A stretch of DNA of 63,748 nt, filler included, from Intoshia linei (lineage: Eukaryota; Animalia; Orthonectida): assembly GCA_001642005.1 (NCBI GenBank). It is 5 parts of 5 records of this genome, joined end to end, with 100 filler letters (N's around TTAATTAATTAA, not from the genome) between each part and the next. Parts side by side here need not be neighbours in the genome. Positions count along the whole stretch, not along the records: positions 32,063 to 52,936 come from LWCA01000670.1; positions 53,037 to 56,644 come from LWCA01002062.1; positions 56,745 to 62,074 come from LWCA01001801.1; positions 62,175 to 63,748 come from LWCA01002564.1; 1 more part is not named here. One strand, 5' to 3'. Under the pieces are notes generated by a model. That model ran no database searches, was not told the DNA's origin, and saw nothing but the letters and a program-made list of their open reading frames with translations. A program made the position numbers and the translations under genes. Of the stretch, positions 51,500 to 63,748 are shown one piece after another. Positions within the stretch are counted from its first letter, which is position 1. Every line of letters begins with the position of its first letter.

Positions 51500-52671
51500 G
51501 ACGAAATGATAATAAAAGCCACTTCATCCAACGCTGGAGCATTGGATCTTCCCCGGTGTGCTCCTTGTGGTGTATCATGAGAATTAATCTTTAAACAATA
51601 TTCAGTTAATCAAGTATTTTCGAGAACGTACTTAAAACTTAATACATAATTATTGTGTGTATGCAACATTTGCAGGAGCTGCATGACAATTTCACGATCT
51701 GTTCGTACGCTACCATCATAAGTTACACCTACTCTCTGACGGTAATTAGCCTGTTCTTCCATGTCTCCAACGAAATACAATTGTAAAAATTTTGGTGCTT
51801 CGTTTTCGTTTATATCAAAATTACCAATTAAATGAAATACTTGACCATTAACAATATATAAAAGTTCAAATTCACGACGGTAGTTACGCCTAACTGATGT
51901 ATTGAAAGATGTCATGTCAAATTGAGAATTATAAAGACTGATAGATGTCAAAAATCTTTTGGATGCTAGAGATTCACATTTAAGTAAAGTCTTTAATGGC
52001 TCTGGAGGTTCTGATAAGTAAGGAAGATTCACTTTACCAATTCAACAACACAAACCTTTTGATTCCATTTTTCACTTTTTTGCATGACATAGTGGACAAA
52101 TTATTGACATGGTTCCAATCTGTAGACATGGAACGGATGCGTAATTGATATTTGGTTAATAATTGTAGGCAGCTTTGATAAAGTCTGATTTACGAAAAGA
52201 TCTATTTCTCCTTATAGCAGTTGTAATTTTAACATTTTCCAGTCTTATTTGACGTTGTTCTTGAGATTCGTTGGCTCTTGAAGCCAAGGTTGTTTCTTTA
52301 TTATTTCTAAATATATATTATTATTGATATTTTAAATAGTGTACCTATTTCGAAGCTCTTTAGATTCTTGAGTTTTGTTGGATCTTGAAGCTGAAATTGT
52401 TTCTTTATTATTTCTAAATATATATTATTATTGATATTTTAAATAGTGTACCTATTTCGAAGCTCTCTAAATTCTTGAGTTTCATTGGATCTTGAAACTG
52501 AAATTGTTTCTTTATTATTTCTAAATATATATTATTATTATTATTAAATTAAAAAAACATTTATCTTACCTATTTCGGATATCATGATCTTCTTGAGACT
52601 TATTAAGACGTCTCATCTCAATTCTCAATTTTGGCTTTTTTTCTTGTGAATATTGCTTTTCTTTTTGTCAT
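51500..52671 (-). pseudogene. Helitron Rep/helicase N-terminal region (23-aa STPR-like repeats, Zn motif), 3'-truncated
   Basis: IGTMSIICPLCHAKK*KMESKGLCC*IGKVNLP, PPEPLKTLL, YNSQFDMTSF, NGQVFHLIG, PKFLQLYF, GAHRGRSNAP..EVA; three mini-introns; in-frame stops. Confidence 0.9.
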
Positions 52672-52739
52672 TTTATTTCAAATTTTAATGAGTAAAAAAA
52701 TAACACGTTTTCAGTTAGTATAAATTTAATTTTATATTT

Positions 52740-52936
52740 TATATTACGTTGCTGTAGTGTCATAAATTAATTAAAGTTTACAAAATTTTTTGAAAGTGAA
52801 AATTTGAAATTTAAAAATTGCGTAGCAATGAAAAAAATTCCGAAGGAATAAATTATGTAGATTTTCACACATATGTCTTGACTGGAAATGTGTAGGCGTA
52901 CAATCCACATTTTTTTTGAAATTGTAGGATCAATAT
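52740..52936 (-). mobile_element. Helitron family sequence directly upstream of the Rep/helicase ATG
   Basis: Reverse complement of 11868-12055, same orientation as the transposase. Confidence 0.8.
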
Positions 52937-53349
52937 NNNNNNNNNNNNNNNNNNNNNNNNNNNNNNNNNNNNNNNNNNNNTTAATTAATTAANNNNNNNN
53001 NNNNNNNNNNNNNNNNNNNNNNNNNNNNNNNNNNNNCCGAAACGTTGGACATTTTCTAGGTTATAATTGTTTTGTCTGAACTTTAAGAACTATTTTTGAG
53101 TTTTTCGTATGTTGATAGCATCTTTGCTATAAAAATTACATATATTTTCATTAGTTTTCGATACGGTATGCCCCATATGAAACTCATAAAGTAAAATAAT
53201 TAGTGTAAAATTTTTTTATACGAGGCAACATACTTACTACACAGATAATTGGTGTTAGATAACTTATATTGTTAAACTCTTAATAAGTTAATTATGGTTC
53301 AATTTAATTCAATTTTTTTTTATTTGATAAAATTGAAACTTTAATTGGT

Positions 53350-53720
53350 TGAAAAACATTAATAAAAAAGCGTTTCTCATCGGAAAAACATATTTTCCCC
53401 CAATTTCTGCCAATATTTACCTTTGCAAATTCCATCCTTTTGTGCTTGTGGGGGTTAACATCAATAAAGGAGCTTTTTTTATTCTTTCAAGTCTAATAAT
53501 GGGAGATTTTTTTAAAATTCGCCATACAGTGGTAGGTGATACACAATTTCCAGTGATTTCAGCGATATCCCTTAGAGATTCAGTAGAATTAGATGAATTT
53601 CTTATTATCGATCAGTTAAAGGGTAGGTGTTATTTTAGTTGGCCTACCTCTTTTGTCGGGCTTATTCTATTTTTTCAAGATTCTATGAATGATCGATTTA
53701 TTAACATTAAAGGTTGACGC
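53350..53720 (-). mobile_element. Tc3-like transposase N-terminal fragment
   Basis: SLRDIAEITGNCVSPTTVWRILKKS, KKAPLL, HKHKRMEFAK...WGKICFSDEKRF. Confidence 0.85.
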
Positions 53721-53879
53721 TATTTCAGATATATATACTTCGATATTAAGAAGTTTTGACATTATTAGACGTTAAGTTAATCATACATAAAGTTGAATAT
53801 AAAAATGCTGTCTGTTGTGTCGTAAAATCGCTAATCGTCATCAATAGTTCTTTGTCTATATCATTATTAATTACCAGAT

Positions 53880-54900
53880 TTAAGATCATCGGTTGAGGAA
53901 TCATATGGTGTTCCATAATGTTCCTGAAATGATTTTCACAAATTATTTCTAATTCAGTGTCTGGAATGTACGTATTTATTTATGCGTTTATTTGAATATT
54001 CCTTGCATGTACCAGTATTAATTTCCAGGTCTTTTAAATCAATATTCGTTATTTTACTGTCTGTATGTGAATCATGATCGTCACTATCATTTTCAACTGT
54101 TTCATCGTTGGTACATGGTTTCGATGATATAGTACTATCTTATAATTCTGGTATATATCTACATATATTTTTCCAAAACGATTCATAGTTGTCTTATATA
54201 GATATACCATCATCACCTATTGTCTCATAATCAGATCTGTTCTTATCTGCATTTTTATAATTTTTAAACCTTCTATATTTATTTAACAACGATGGATTTT
54301 TGTCGTGTTTATGCTTTATTTTTGTATCATTTACATAACTGCCTTTTCGTGATTCAGAGGTGTTTCTTTTTCCTCCATGTTGTTTGATTATAGTTATATT
54401 ATATTATTATATATATTATAGTTGATTATGAAACGTATCGAACGCATTTTTTAACGATTCATTTGCTTTAGACTGTTGTGCGTTAATAAAGTATATGGCT
54501 TTATGAACGGATAAACAATGCAAGTCATTTACCGCCACTGATCTTAATCCTCCATCTTTATTATGGTACGTAATCTTCTTCGATTATCGTCTATCGTCAT
54601 TATCTTCATTAGTGTCGTTCTTGTGAGATCTTCTACTTTGGTTATCGTTATTATGATCTTTTCGTCCATTTCCACTGCGTGTATCATAATCATGTCGTTC
54701 ACGATGATCATTGTTATTATTACGATTATTTTCATCATGATCTGAATCATCATTATCGTCGTCACTTGAATCATTGTGGGCATTATATCTGTCTTTATCC
54801 TTATATTTTTTAATCACATCCACTCCAAAAATTTTCATAACGTGGTTCAAGTTTATGTGACAAATTATGACGTTTTTAATTAGATGATTACTGCTTGAAA
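53880..54900 (-). pseudogene. Decayed Asp/Asn/His/Arg-rich coding-like sequence of unknown origin
   Basis: ORF 54584-54850 continues past stops with similar composition; GC is higher than in the flanks. Confidence 0.4.
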
Positions 54901-55912
54901 ATTATATTCGTTTTAATAAAGGATTTTATAACATAATCTTTCAGACATTACAACTTTATACATGTAATGTCTATAAATTTCATGCATTAAAATAAAATTA
55001 ATGTTTTATCTTACCGGTCATTTTTAAATCTATGAAATTTAATCTTTATTAAGAGATTTACAATCAAAAATTGATATAGAAATTAGATTTTTGTTAACTC
55101 AACAATGAATATCTATTGAAAAGGAATTATTAAAAGAAATGAAGATTAATGTAGAACTACATTCTCAGATTCTTGATGAATTTGCCATTAAATCACGTTT
55201 ATTAAATTATATGTATAAATAATAGTTATAGATAATAAAATTTAGTTAGTTAATTAATTGTAGTGATATTAAGTTTACATATGTTTCGTTTCTATGGTAC
55301 TGTGTTGAGTAAGAGTAACGTTTTGACCTTAGAGTCGCCACTGAAAAATATATATATTTTCGCATTGCCCAGTAAAAAAGTCAAATTGCCTACTAGTGGG
55401 GGATATCGCCCAGGTTGGAAAACACTGGTTTAAATGGTTTATACTATTTACAAATCATCACCAAAACAGAATTAAAACAAAATTAAATGGTTTATATTGC
55501 CTCAAACCAGTGACAAACCAAACCATGAACAGGTCTAATAATATGCTTCTTGAAAATTTTTTAATACATGGAAAATCTTTAGGTAAGAGATATTTGTAAA
55601 AGTCTTTTGAAGAATTTTGTTTTAATGTTTCGTATGATGACCCTGTTAATTATGACATCATTTAATTCTATTTGGTAAGCTTAAATACAATTTTTGCATA
55701 AATGAGGGCGTTGCAACGACTGTCCATTTTTTTTTTATAATTTTCTCCAGTTAACCTCTACAAAATACTGTTTGTCAAAATATTTATTAGAGCCTTGACC
55801 ATCGCCAAACGTCTTCAATTATGTTTAGATCTGGACTATTTTCAGATCATTTCATCAAATCTAAGTTGTTATCCTCCATTCATTTCATCACGTAATTATA
55901 ATATATAGATAA

Positions 55913-56060
55913 CTAGGTTTACTGTTATATACTACGTACAAACAGGACCTAGCTCTGACTACATTTTTATTATACTTAAAAAATAAATTCACGTTGAAAA
56001 TCTAACTTAATCCTACTATTCACTATTATCAATTTTTTAAAGGAGAGGTTCCCAAATTTG
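55913..56060 (-). mobile_element. Non-autonomous Helitron 3' end
   Basis: A|CTAGGTTTACTGTTATATACTACGTACAAACAGG. Confidence 0.75.
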
Positions 56061-57183
56061 AAAATAATGTCATTATTTTGATACAATATTTAAATTTAAG
56101 TTGTATATGTAACTACAGCTCAATGGTTTTAGTTAATAATGTTTGTTATACAAATATTATTGTTGGTTTTATGTATCTAAATTATTTTATTTAGTAAATG
56201 TTTAATATATATAACAGAAGTCAGTCGAATAATTGGAAGAAGTGAACATTACTTTGATTACATAAAAAACAAATTAATTGTAATTATTTATAATAATTTA
56301 TTTGGTCGAAAAAACTATCCAATTCGTGCCTATTTTAGAACGAAAGAAAACATACATTTTTCTATGTACACAATGCAACACCAAAAAAATACAAACATAA
56401 TAAATTCATCATTTTGTTTGTCTAAATCAGCTGGTCAACGTGATACCATACATTTTTCCTCCTTAAATTCATCTTCAGATTTTTTTAAATACAGTTGATT
56501 AAATTTTTAACATTTATTTTAAAAATGTCAAACTATTATTGTTAAACTGAATATTGTCGTCACCTTCATTGTGATTTTATTTTTTTCTATCATTAATAAT
56601 CTATCTATAATAATAATATATAATTATATATTTATATTATAATANNNNNNNNNNNNNNNNNNNNNNNNNNNNNNNNNNNNNNNNNNNNTTAATTAATTAA
56701 NNNNNNNNNNNNNNNNNNNNNNNNNNNNNNNNNNNNNNNNNNNNGAAACGCACATCGATAAATACTAAAGGTTTTACTTATAAAACCCTGACTTTTTTTC
56801 CTTGCATTAAGACACGGCATTATATCTTTTTTGTCACATATTCGCGTCATTTACAAAACAAATAGTTATTTTTAATTGATAGATCATTAGTAATGTATTA
56901 CCTTTTTTGTTTTTATGGATATTTAATTAATTTTAATAGAAATTATCAAAAGTGCCTAAGACTTATGTCTTCAATATTTTTAATATCGCAAACAAAACCG
57001 TATTAAAATGTATCTTTTTATGTATAGTTTATGACATCATTGTGATGATTGACATTGATGATTGATGTGATATTTAATTTCAAGTTCAAGATTCACCTTA
57101 TTAACTTTATAGTGGTTTTTAATGAGAATGTGTAGGGTGCCTAAGACTTATGTCGCGCAATGTATAATAATATTATAGTATAA

Positions 57184-57726
57184 CTAGCTTAGCAGTTTTG
57201 TACTACGTACAAACAGCACCTAGCTCTGCCAAGGGTACTCTTCTATTATAACAAAAAAATAAATTCATGTTGAAAATCTAACTTAAAAATCCTACTATTC
57301 ACTATTATCAATTCTTTAAAAGAGTGGTTCCCAAATTTGTTTCAGGTGGAACCGTCATATCACATTACTTTTTACTTTAAAGTGAATTATTCCATCTTAA
57401 TTTTTTTTGTTAAAATTTGCGTAAAGAATTTTAAAAACAATTATTATCCAATTTTTTTAATTTATTAGACAGAATGTGTATAATATTAAAAATAAAGTAA
57501 AAACAGTCCAATGCTAAAAATTGTCATAAATAGCATAAATTCCAGCAAAATAATAGTTATAATAAAACTATAAATATAAAATATAATAAAATAAAACTTA
57601 TAATAGTGAATAGTATCAATTTTAAGTAAGATTTTATTATTGAATTTATTTTTTTGATAGAATTAAAAAAGTCCGCATCGGTATAGCTATGTGCTGTTTC
57701 TACAAAGTACATAAAAGTCAACCTAG
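57184..57726. mobile_element. Two Helitron 3' ends in opposite orientation
   Basis: Minus copy 57184-57560 and plus copy about 57620-57726, both ending CTAG|T. Confidence 0.75.
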
Positions 57727-59252
57727 TTAAATTTAAATTGAATGACCTTACGAATTAATGATTCCTTATCAATGAAAATAGTAAATTATGTGGATTATAA
57801 AAAAATTAAATTTTTCGTTTCTACTCAAGTTTCAACAAAATGTTCTCAAAGACTGGATGGGTGGTTCATAAGATAAAAGAAAATGATTTACATTCCTGTC
57901 TTGGAGGTTGATAACAAAGCATAACACAGTATCAGATACATCAATCATGCTGTTTATATAATATTTTAGGATTCTTGCTGGTTCATAAGTACTTCTTATT
58001 AAAGAAAACCAAAATGATGTTAGTTTCTGCATTTCGTTGAACTAAAATATAAATTAGACTTTAAATGCCAATAATTTGATTCATCTTATTTCATCATCTT
58101 TAGTGACTTTGAAACCCATTTAGAAAAAATTCAAACATGTATTTTACAAGTGGTGAATATGGCCATTAACACTTTCCCTACTCTGCAGAAAATTTTAATT
58201 ATTTTTATGAAAATTTGAAATTACACATAAAACGATATTCGTAAATCCGTATAATATAATATATTATAATAATTACTTCAGCGTTAATGCTTTGATATGT
58301 ATTTTGTAAGAATCGATGCAGATTATATAATATTAAGGTTATGTCTTGATTAGTAATACTTGATCTAATTTTTATTAACATAATTAATAAAAAATTAAAT
58401 TTATACTTTGATATATAGTCTTTCTATGCACAATTAGAAATATGTCAAATACGTCGGCATTTCAACATTTAGGCACCCATAATGTCCATTTATTTATACA
58501 CAAAACTAAGACTTATATTATTATTAAATTTTTATATACTGAATTATCTGTTGCAAGGGCGTATACGAAGATTGATATTTACCATATGTACATTAGGGTA
58601 TTAACTTTTTTACAAAATTAAAAATCCATGGGCACACAGTATGAGTAATGGATCTATAAATACGATGGTAGTCTTTTTAAGTTTTAGTTTTTCAAAAACA
58701 TCAGCCAGGCCGGACAAAGTAGATTTCATAAATATTTTTGAAATATTTTACGTAGCCTTAACTCTAAGTTTATTTTTATTATTAATTACTCTAAATCTAA
58801 TCAAATATAATAAATATCAGTTATTTTATTTCTTAAAATCATCATGTATCACGTGTCACATAATACAACCAAAAATAAAAAACAAGATGCATTAATCTAA
58901 GAATAAAATCTACGAGAAATAATGATTTTCCTAGATTTGAATCATTAGAGAAAATTAACAAGGTCCCAAACATTAAATCAATTAAGCAATTAAACAAGGG
59001 CAATTACTAACGAAGTTGCTGAACGAGGTATACATAGAGTTATGTTGCTAAGAGATAGAGCTTCAATAAAATACATTAATGACGTATTATGCACATATAG
59101 TATAAATAAAATTATCAGTAAATAAACATTAGTTCAATTATATTACGGTATTTTTTAATGTGAAACCTGGCTGATGTTTTTGTAAATTTATGGTGAACAA
59201 ACATTATAGTTAATGTTTATAACCTATTTGTCATGTCGTACGGTCATGGATT

Positions 59253-60557
59253 TTATCTAATTCTAAAATTCGTGAAAAAAGTTAACACCTTAATGTATAT
59301 TAATAAATACCTGATATTGCCTTTATTAGGATTGGTTTGTTTTTTTTCTACAAATTGTATGCTTTCCCTCCAACGAACTTTTTTTAATATTTTTTTAGAA
59401 ATACTAGACTTCCGTAATATTGATTTGAATATACTGTTTTTAAAAGTGACTAAATCTGGAATTAATTTGGATTTTATAATCCATTGATTAAATTTGGATT
59501 CCAAGTTATATGCTTCAATAAACCCTTTAAGATATTGACACTGCATAGAAAGTTTCATTCTATCAGATGAAACAGATTTTCTCTCTTCTCTGCTCGTATT
59601 TCTCTTATTAGTGGATGAATTGACATTACTCCTAGATTTTACAGTATATAATGCTTCTTTTGTATTTGGAATAGTAATGTGCTTTTGTTTGGGAGTTTTT
59701 AACTCAGTAGAGGTAGATTTTACACGATTGGTATTTCGTTTTGGAACTTGTTTAACGGATAAAACATTAATTTCTCTTTGCTGCAAGCTTTTTTCATACA
59801 CCTTCTTTATATATAAAATATTTTCCTTCAATTTGCCATTTTTTTTTGTAAAAATTTCATTATGTTTTGTATCAGATTTTTCTTTAAACATTTTTCTTTT
59901 AAAATAATTAAATACAGATTTTGAAATTTTTATACCCTTGGATTCGGTTCTAGAACGGGACGATTTAATCGTGGAAATACTGACAACTTTATTTTTAATT
60001 GAATTTTTTTCAGACTCGACGTGAAATGAGTTGTTTTTTGCATTATCTAGTATTGCCTTGGAATTAATATGTTTGTATATATCAAAGTCAAAATATCGAT
60101 CGTCGAATACAGTTTTCATATCATCCATGTTTTCTGATGGGTAAATAGTGTAATTAGATTTATTGCTTTGGAAAGGTCCAGATTCGTTAATCTCGATGTA
60201 GTCATCAAAATTAAAGTTTAAATGTTTATCTTTAAGTTTTTCATGTTTATATACTTTTGAATAAATGTCATCTACGCTATGCGTTTCACATTTTTCATCT
60301 TCAGCGCTATGATCCAAATTTAGATACATACTCAATACACTATCACGTTTTTCAGTATCATTTGACGTTTCATTAATATCATTGTCGTTTATAACGGAAA
60401 ATATTTTTTCTTTGTTTATATATAAATCTATACTGCCTAAATCCATCAATGAGTTGTTTTTTTTCAATGGGATGTTGTTTGACTTTAATTTATTTTTCAT
60501 GTTTTCAACTGAATCGTATCGAATAAATCTGCTACCTAATTTCCCTATTTCCTTCAT
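59253..60557 (-). CDS. Uncharacterised 434-aa Lys/Ser/Asn-rich protein, probably largely disordered
   Basis: A 1.3-kb open frame is very unlikely by chance at this AT content; no recognisable domain. Confidence 0.75.
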   Translation of the reverse strand: MKEIGKLGSRFIRYDSVENMKNKLKSNNIPLKKNNSLMDLGSIDLYINKEKIFSVINDNDINETSNDTEKRDSVLSMYLNLDHSAEDEKCETHSVDDIYSKVYKHEKLKDKHLNFNFDDYIEINESGPFQSNKSNYTIYPSENMDDMKTVFDDRYFDFDIYKHINSKAILDNAKNNSFHVESEKNSIKNKVVSISTIKSSRSRTESKGIKISKSVFNYFKRKMFKEKSDTKHNEIFTKKNGKLKENILYIKKVYEKSLQQREINVLSVKQVPKRNTNRVKSTSTELKTPKQKHITIPNTKEALYTVKSRSNVNSSTNKRNTSREERKSVSSDRMKLSMQCQYLKGFIEAYNLESKFNQWIIKSKLIPDLVTFKNSIFKSILRKSSISKKILKKVRWRESIQFVEKKQTNPNKGNIRYLLIYIKVLTFFTNFRIR

Positions 60558-61442
60558 TTATAAAATTATGACTGTACTGTTTGCCGATATATCAATTGTT
60601 TGTTTAATAAATAACTATTGCGCATTAATTATTCGTGGAATATCTATATTTTTCATTTATTTGGGAACACTGTTAATAAATTATTAATAAGAATATTTTG
60701 AACATTGAATCATTTAATTACTACAATATGAAAATATTATATAAGAGAAATATAAAATTCAAAAAAACGTTTAATATATAAAAAAAAATGTTAAAACGTG
60801 TCATTTATAGTTAAGATTAAAAATTTAAATGTTTTAAAAGGACCAGTTCATTTTTTTCGATTTCGAGTTTTATGTTTATTTTTTGTTTCCAAAATATTTT
60901 GAGCTTGTCGTTTGATTACCAGTCGAGTCAAAACATCTTGATCTTCACCGCTTTCTTCTTCCTCTATTATTACGAAATTAAAATTTAAATATAAATGTAA
61001 TAATATTTAATATATTATTAATGTAAATAATTTGAAAAATTAAAGCGTTAAAAAAGATAACAAGAGTTTAAATTAACTTTCTAAGGATCTACATCATTGA
61101 ATTATAACATATAATATCGCAAAAGACTGTGCGATAGTTAATTACGTTAAATACTATTCAACGAAATAAAGCGGATTACATTAAGAATATAATAATACAC
61201 TGAGTAAATTCAGTCATTCTACATCAGCGGTTCCCAAATGGGGTAACTGCGACTCGGGGGGGGGGGGGGNNNNNNNNNNNNNNNNNNNNNNNNNNNNNNN
61301 NNNNNNNNNNGGGGGGGGTCTCAGAAATTATTTTGTGGTACCAGCTTGTCTGATTCTATGACTCACACTTTATAATTCATAAATAAATCTTTTAAAATTC
61401 CCGAAATTAACATTTATATATCTATATCAGGGTGGTCTAAAG

Positions 61443-61851
61443 CAGATATTCTCAACGGGGTCCATGAAAATTATATACATTTATTACATATTATAGACAT
61501 TTTCAATAACATAACGTCGTTTTTAAAACATAAAGGTTCAGAAATACTAATATAAAACGTGAAAATCATGTAAAAGTAAATTCTTTTTATTGATCTGATA
61601 AAATATGTAATCAACAATTAATAATGTACTGTAAACAATACCTGAAAAACTGAAAATTTTCCATTTTATGAACATTGACGAGTTAAAGGTTAATATTAAT
61701 TGTTAATATCAAGTTTATCATTTCGCAAAAATAAAGTACTCCATGTTTTTTGACCATCATTCGTTTCACCCAAATGTAATGATTCATTAAAAATTGTCAT
61801 TATTATTAACTTTTTTGGGGGTCCACAGCGAAAAAGAGTTGAGAATGCCTG
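61443..61851. mobile_element. hAT (Charlie/Buster-like) MITE nested in another hAT terminus
   Basis: Perfect TSD GTCTAAAG; TIRs CAGATATTCTCAAC and GTTGAGAATGCCTG. Confidence 0.88.
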
Positions 61852-63748
61852 GTCTAAAGTATGACCTGCTAGATCAAATTGTACGGCCCTCGAAATTGTT
61901 TAGTAATATATTTTTAAAAGCATTAACAACACATAGATATTCAGTATATTGCAGATGTTCTATGTTATTGCCGGTTCGTGGACCAGTATCGGTACTTGAA
62001 ATATTTTGAAATACTTGAAATATGCTATGCATATGGTGGGATATGGAGGGTGTGGTATATCATGAATTTCTAAANNNNNNNNNNNNNNNNNNNNNNNNNN
62101 NNNNNNNNNNNNNNNNNNTTAATTAATTAANNNNNNNNNNNNNNNNNNNNNNNNNNNNNNNNNNNNNNNNNNNNCGTTAAATAAGAATTCCGATAATTAT
62201 GAATTCCTTTAAATAGGACTTAGACTGTATTAATATTATGACTGAACTTGAACAGCATTTTAACAAAATGGATTAAAGTTTTACTGAATAACGTGAATAA
62301 TTTTAACGTGTGTTAAATTTAAGTTAGTTCGATAGTACTTCCCTGAGACGACACATAAAATGGAAAATATGCCCTTATAAATCTGCAATCTAATTGTAGT
62401 TTCATATAACCCTTAGCGATCTTTACATTTCTTGAGTTGAAATTTTAAATTAAACATAAAAATTAGTTTTGATGTTCGATATGACTTTAAAAATTATTAA
62501 TCACTATTAATCAACCATAGCGAAAAAAACTTAATACACGGATATTTTGGGTATTTATTTATACATAATTTGTATACATTTGTTTTTATATCTCAATAAA
62601 AAACTCGATCAATTATTAAAAATTAATTACTCATGACATTTTACAGCGCGCCAAAAGTATTTCACGTCCACAAATTTGTAACCGTTATTTTAAATATTTA
62701 CGATAAATACTTAGTAAGTAATAATAATATACAAATGAATTAAAATTTTAAGATAACAATTAAATTTTTATGAATTTATAGTTTGTAATAAATTTTTAAA
62801 GCGTTAATAAAAGGCTATAAATGAATACATGTAATTGCATGTAGAAATAATATTACAGGCAGAAGTAATCATTTCAAGAAGTGTGGCCTATAAAAATTTT
62901 TTTCAGGTTGCTATAGTGCTATGATGCCGCACTATGACTATCAATGTAGATGTAACGCTTGCAAAAAGTATCATCTGCATAATACCCTATTATAAATTAA
63001 TTAAAAAACTGTTTTAAGGCCGTTTCATGGTATAGAAAATCACTTCATTTTAGTACAGTGGTTCCCAAAGTGGTCCATATCGACCACACGAAATTATAGG
63101 TGGTTCACAAAAAAATTTTCAAATAAAATAAGATAACGTTTTTTATAACAATAATAATAAATTAAAATTGTATCGATCATTTATTATTATTAGTGAACGT
63201 AAACATCATTTAATCAAAATTAAGTGAAAATTTACTGAATAACGTGAATTATTTTCACTTGCGTTAAATTTAATTTATTCAACAATTTAATTTAGTTCAA
63301 TTGTAGTTTCCGAAATTAAACCTAGCGAGCCCGTCGGCATTTGAAAAATGAAAAGTAGCCCATTAAAAAATTTTGTAAACGAATTATAAGGTCATATAAC
63401 CTTATCCACTCTTCTAAGACTTTTGAGTTGACATTTTAAATTTAACACTTAAATTAGTTAATATTCAAGAATTTTTTAATGCTCAATTTAGTAAATTAAA
63501 GTCTCGATTTTAAAAAAAATTTGGTCAAGATCCCTCGGTAAAAAGATCTGGCATACGGCACTGGTAGTTGGTCATAAGTATGTTTGAAATTAAGAATTTT
63601 TTTAATTGCCATAAGAATTAAAAGGCATTGAAACTATATGGTCAAAATTAATGTAAAATTTTCGATTTAAGGAGAAATACATAATAAAAAAATCTAAATA
63701 TTACCTTAGTGACGTGTTCAGGATTAAGGGGATTTTTTTAAAAATTAT

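Noticed and set aside
52040-52165. In-frame TGA where Trp is expected in the Helitron protein, suggesting codon reassignment
   Set aside because: Host genes use TGG for Trp and TGA as stop (TTLL, FLAD1); the element also has TAA stops and a frameshift, so this is pseudogene decay.
52300-52570. Repeat-spacer appearance of the 107-bp units
   Set aside because: Explained by exon-intron duplication; the apparent spacers are homologous exons.

Overview
Very AT-rich eukaryotic (animal) genomic DNA. Most introns are tiny (about 32-56 nt) and a few are swollen by transposons; this pattern resembles a reduced parasite genome such as an orthonectid, which is inference only. Four gaps carry an artificial TTAATTAATTAA linker, so adjacency across them is unproven. 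Spliced genes reconstructed by hand: a TTLL3/8-type tubulin glycylase, a tetraspanin, a single-domain FAD synthase (FLAD1), an orphan secreted protein, and a highly divergent but apparently intact 7-exon eIF5B paralog. That paralog has lost the G1, G2, G3 and G4 GTPase motifs and domain IV, so it is a candidate translation-factor pseudo-GTPase and the top finding. The rest is a dense transposon landscape: a decayed Mag-clade Ty3/gypsy element and an abundant non-autonomous Helitron family physically linked to a Rep/helicase pseudogene whose 23-aa repeats each sit on a duplicated exon. There are also Tc1/Tc3 elements, hAT, piggyBac and pogo MITEs, and a Chapaev-like relic.
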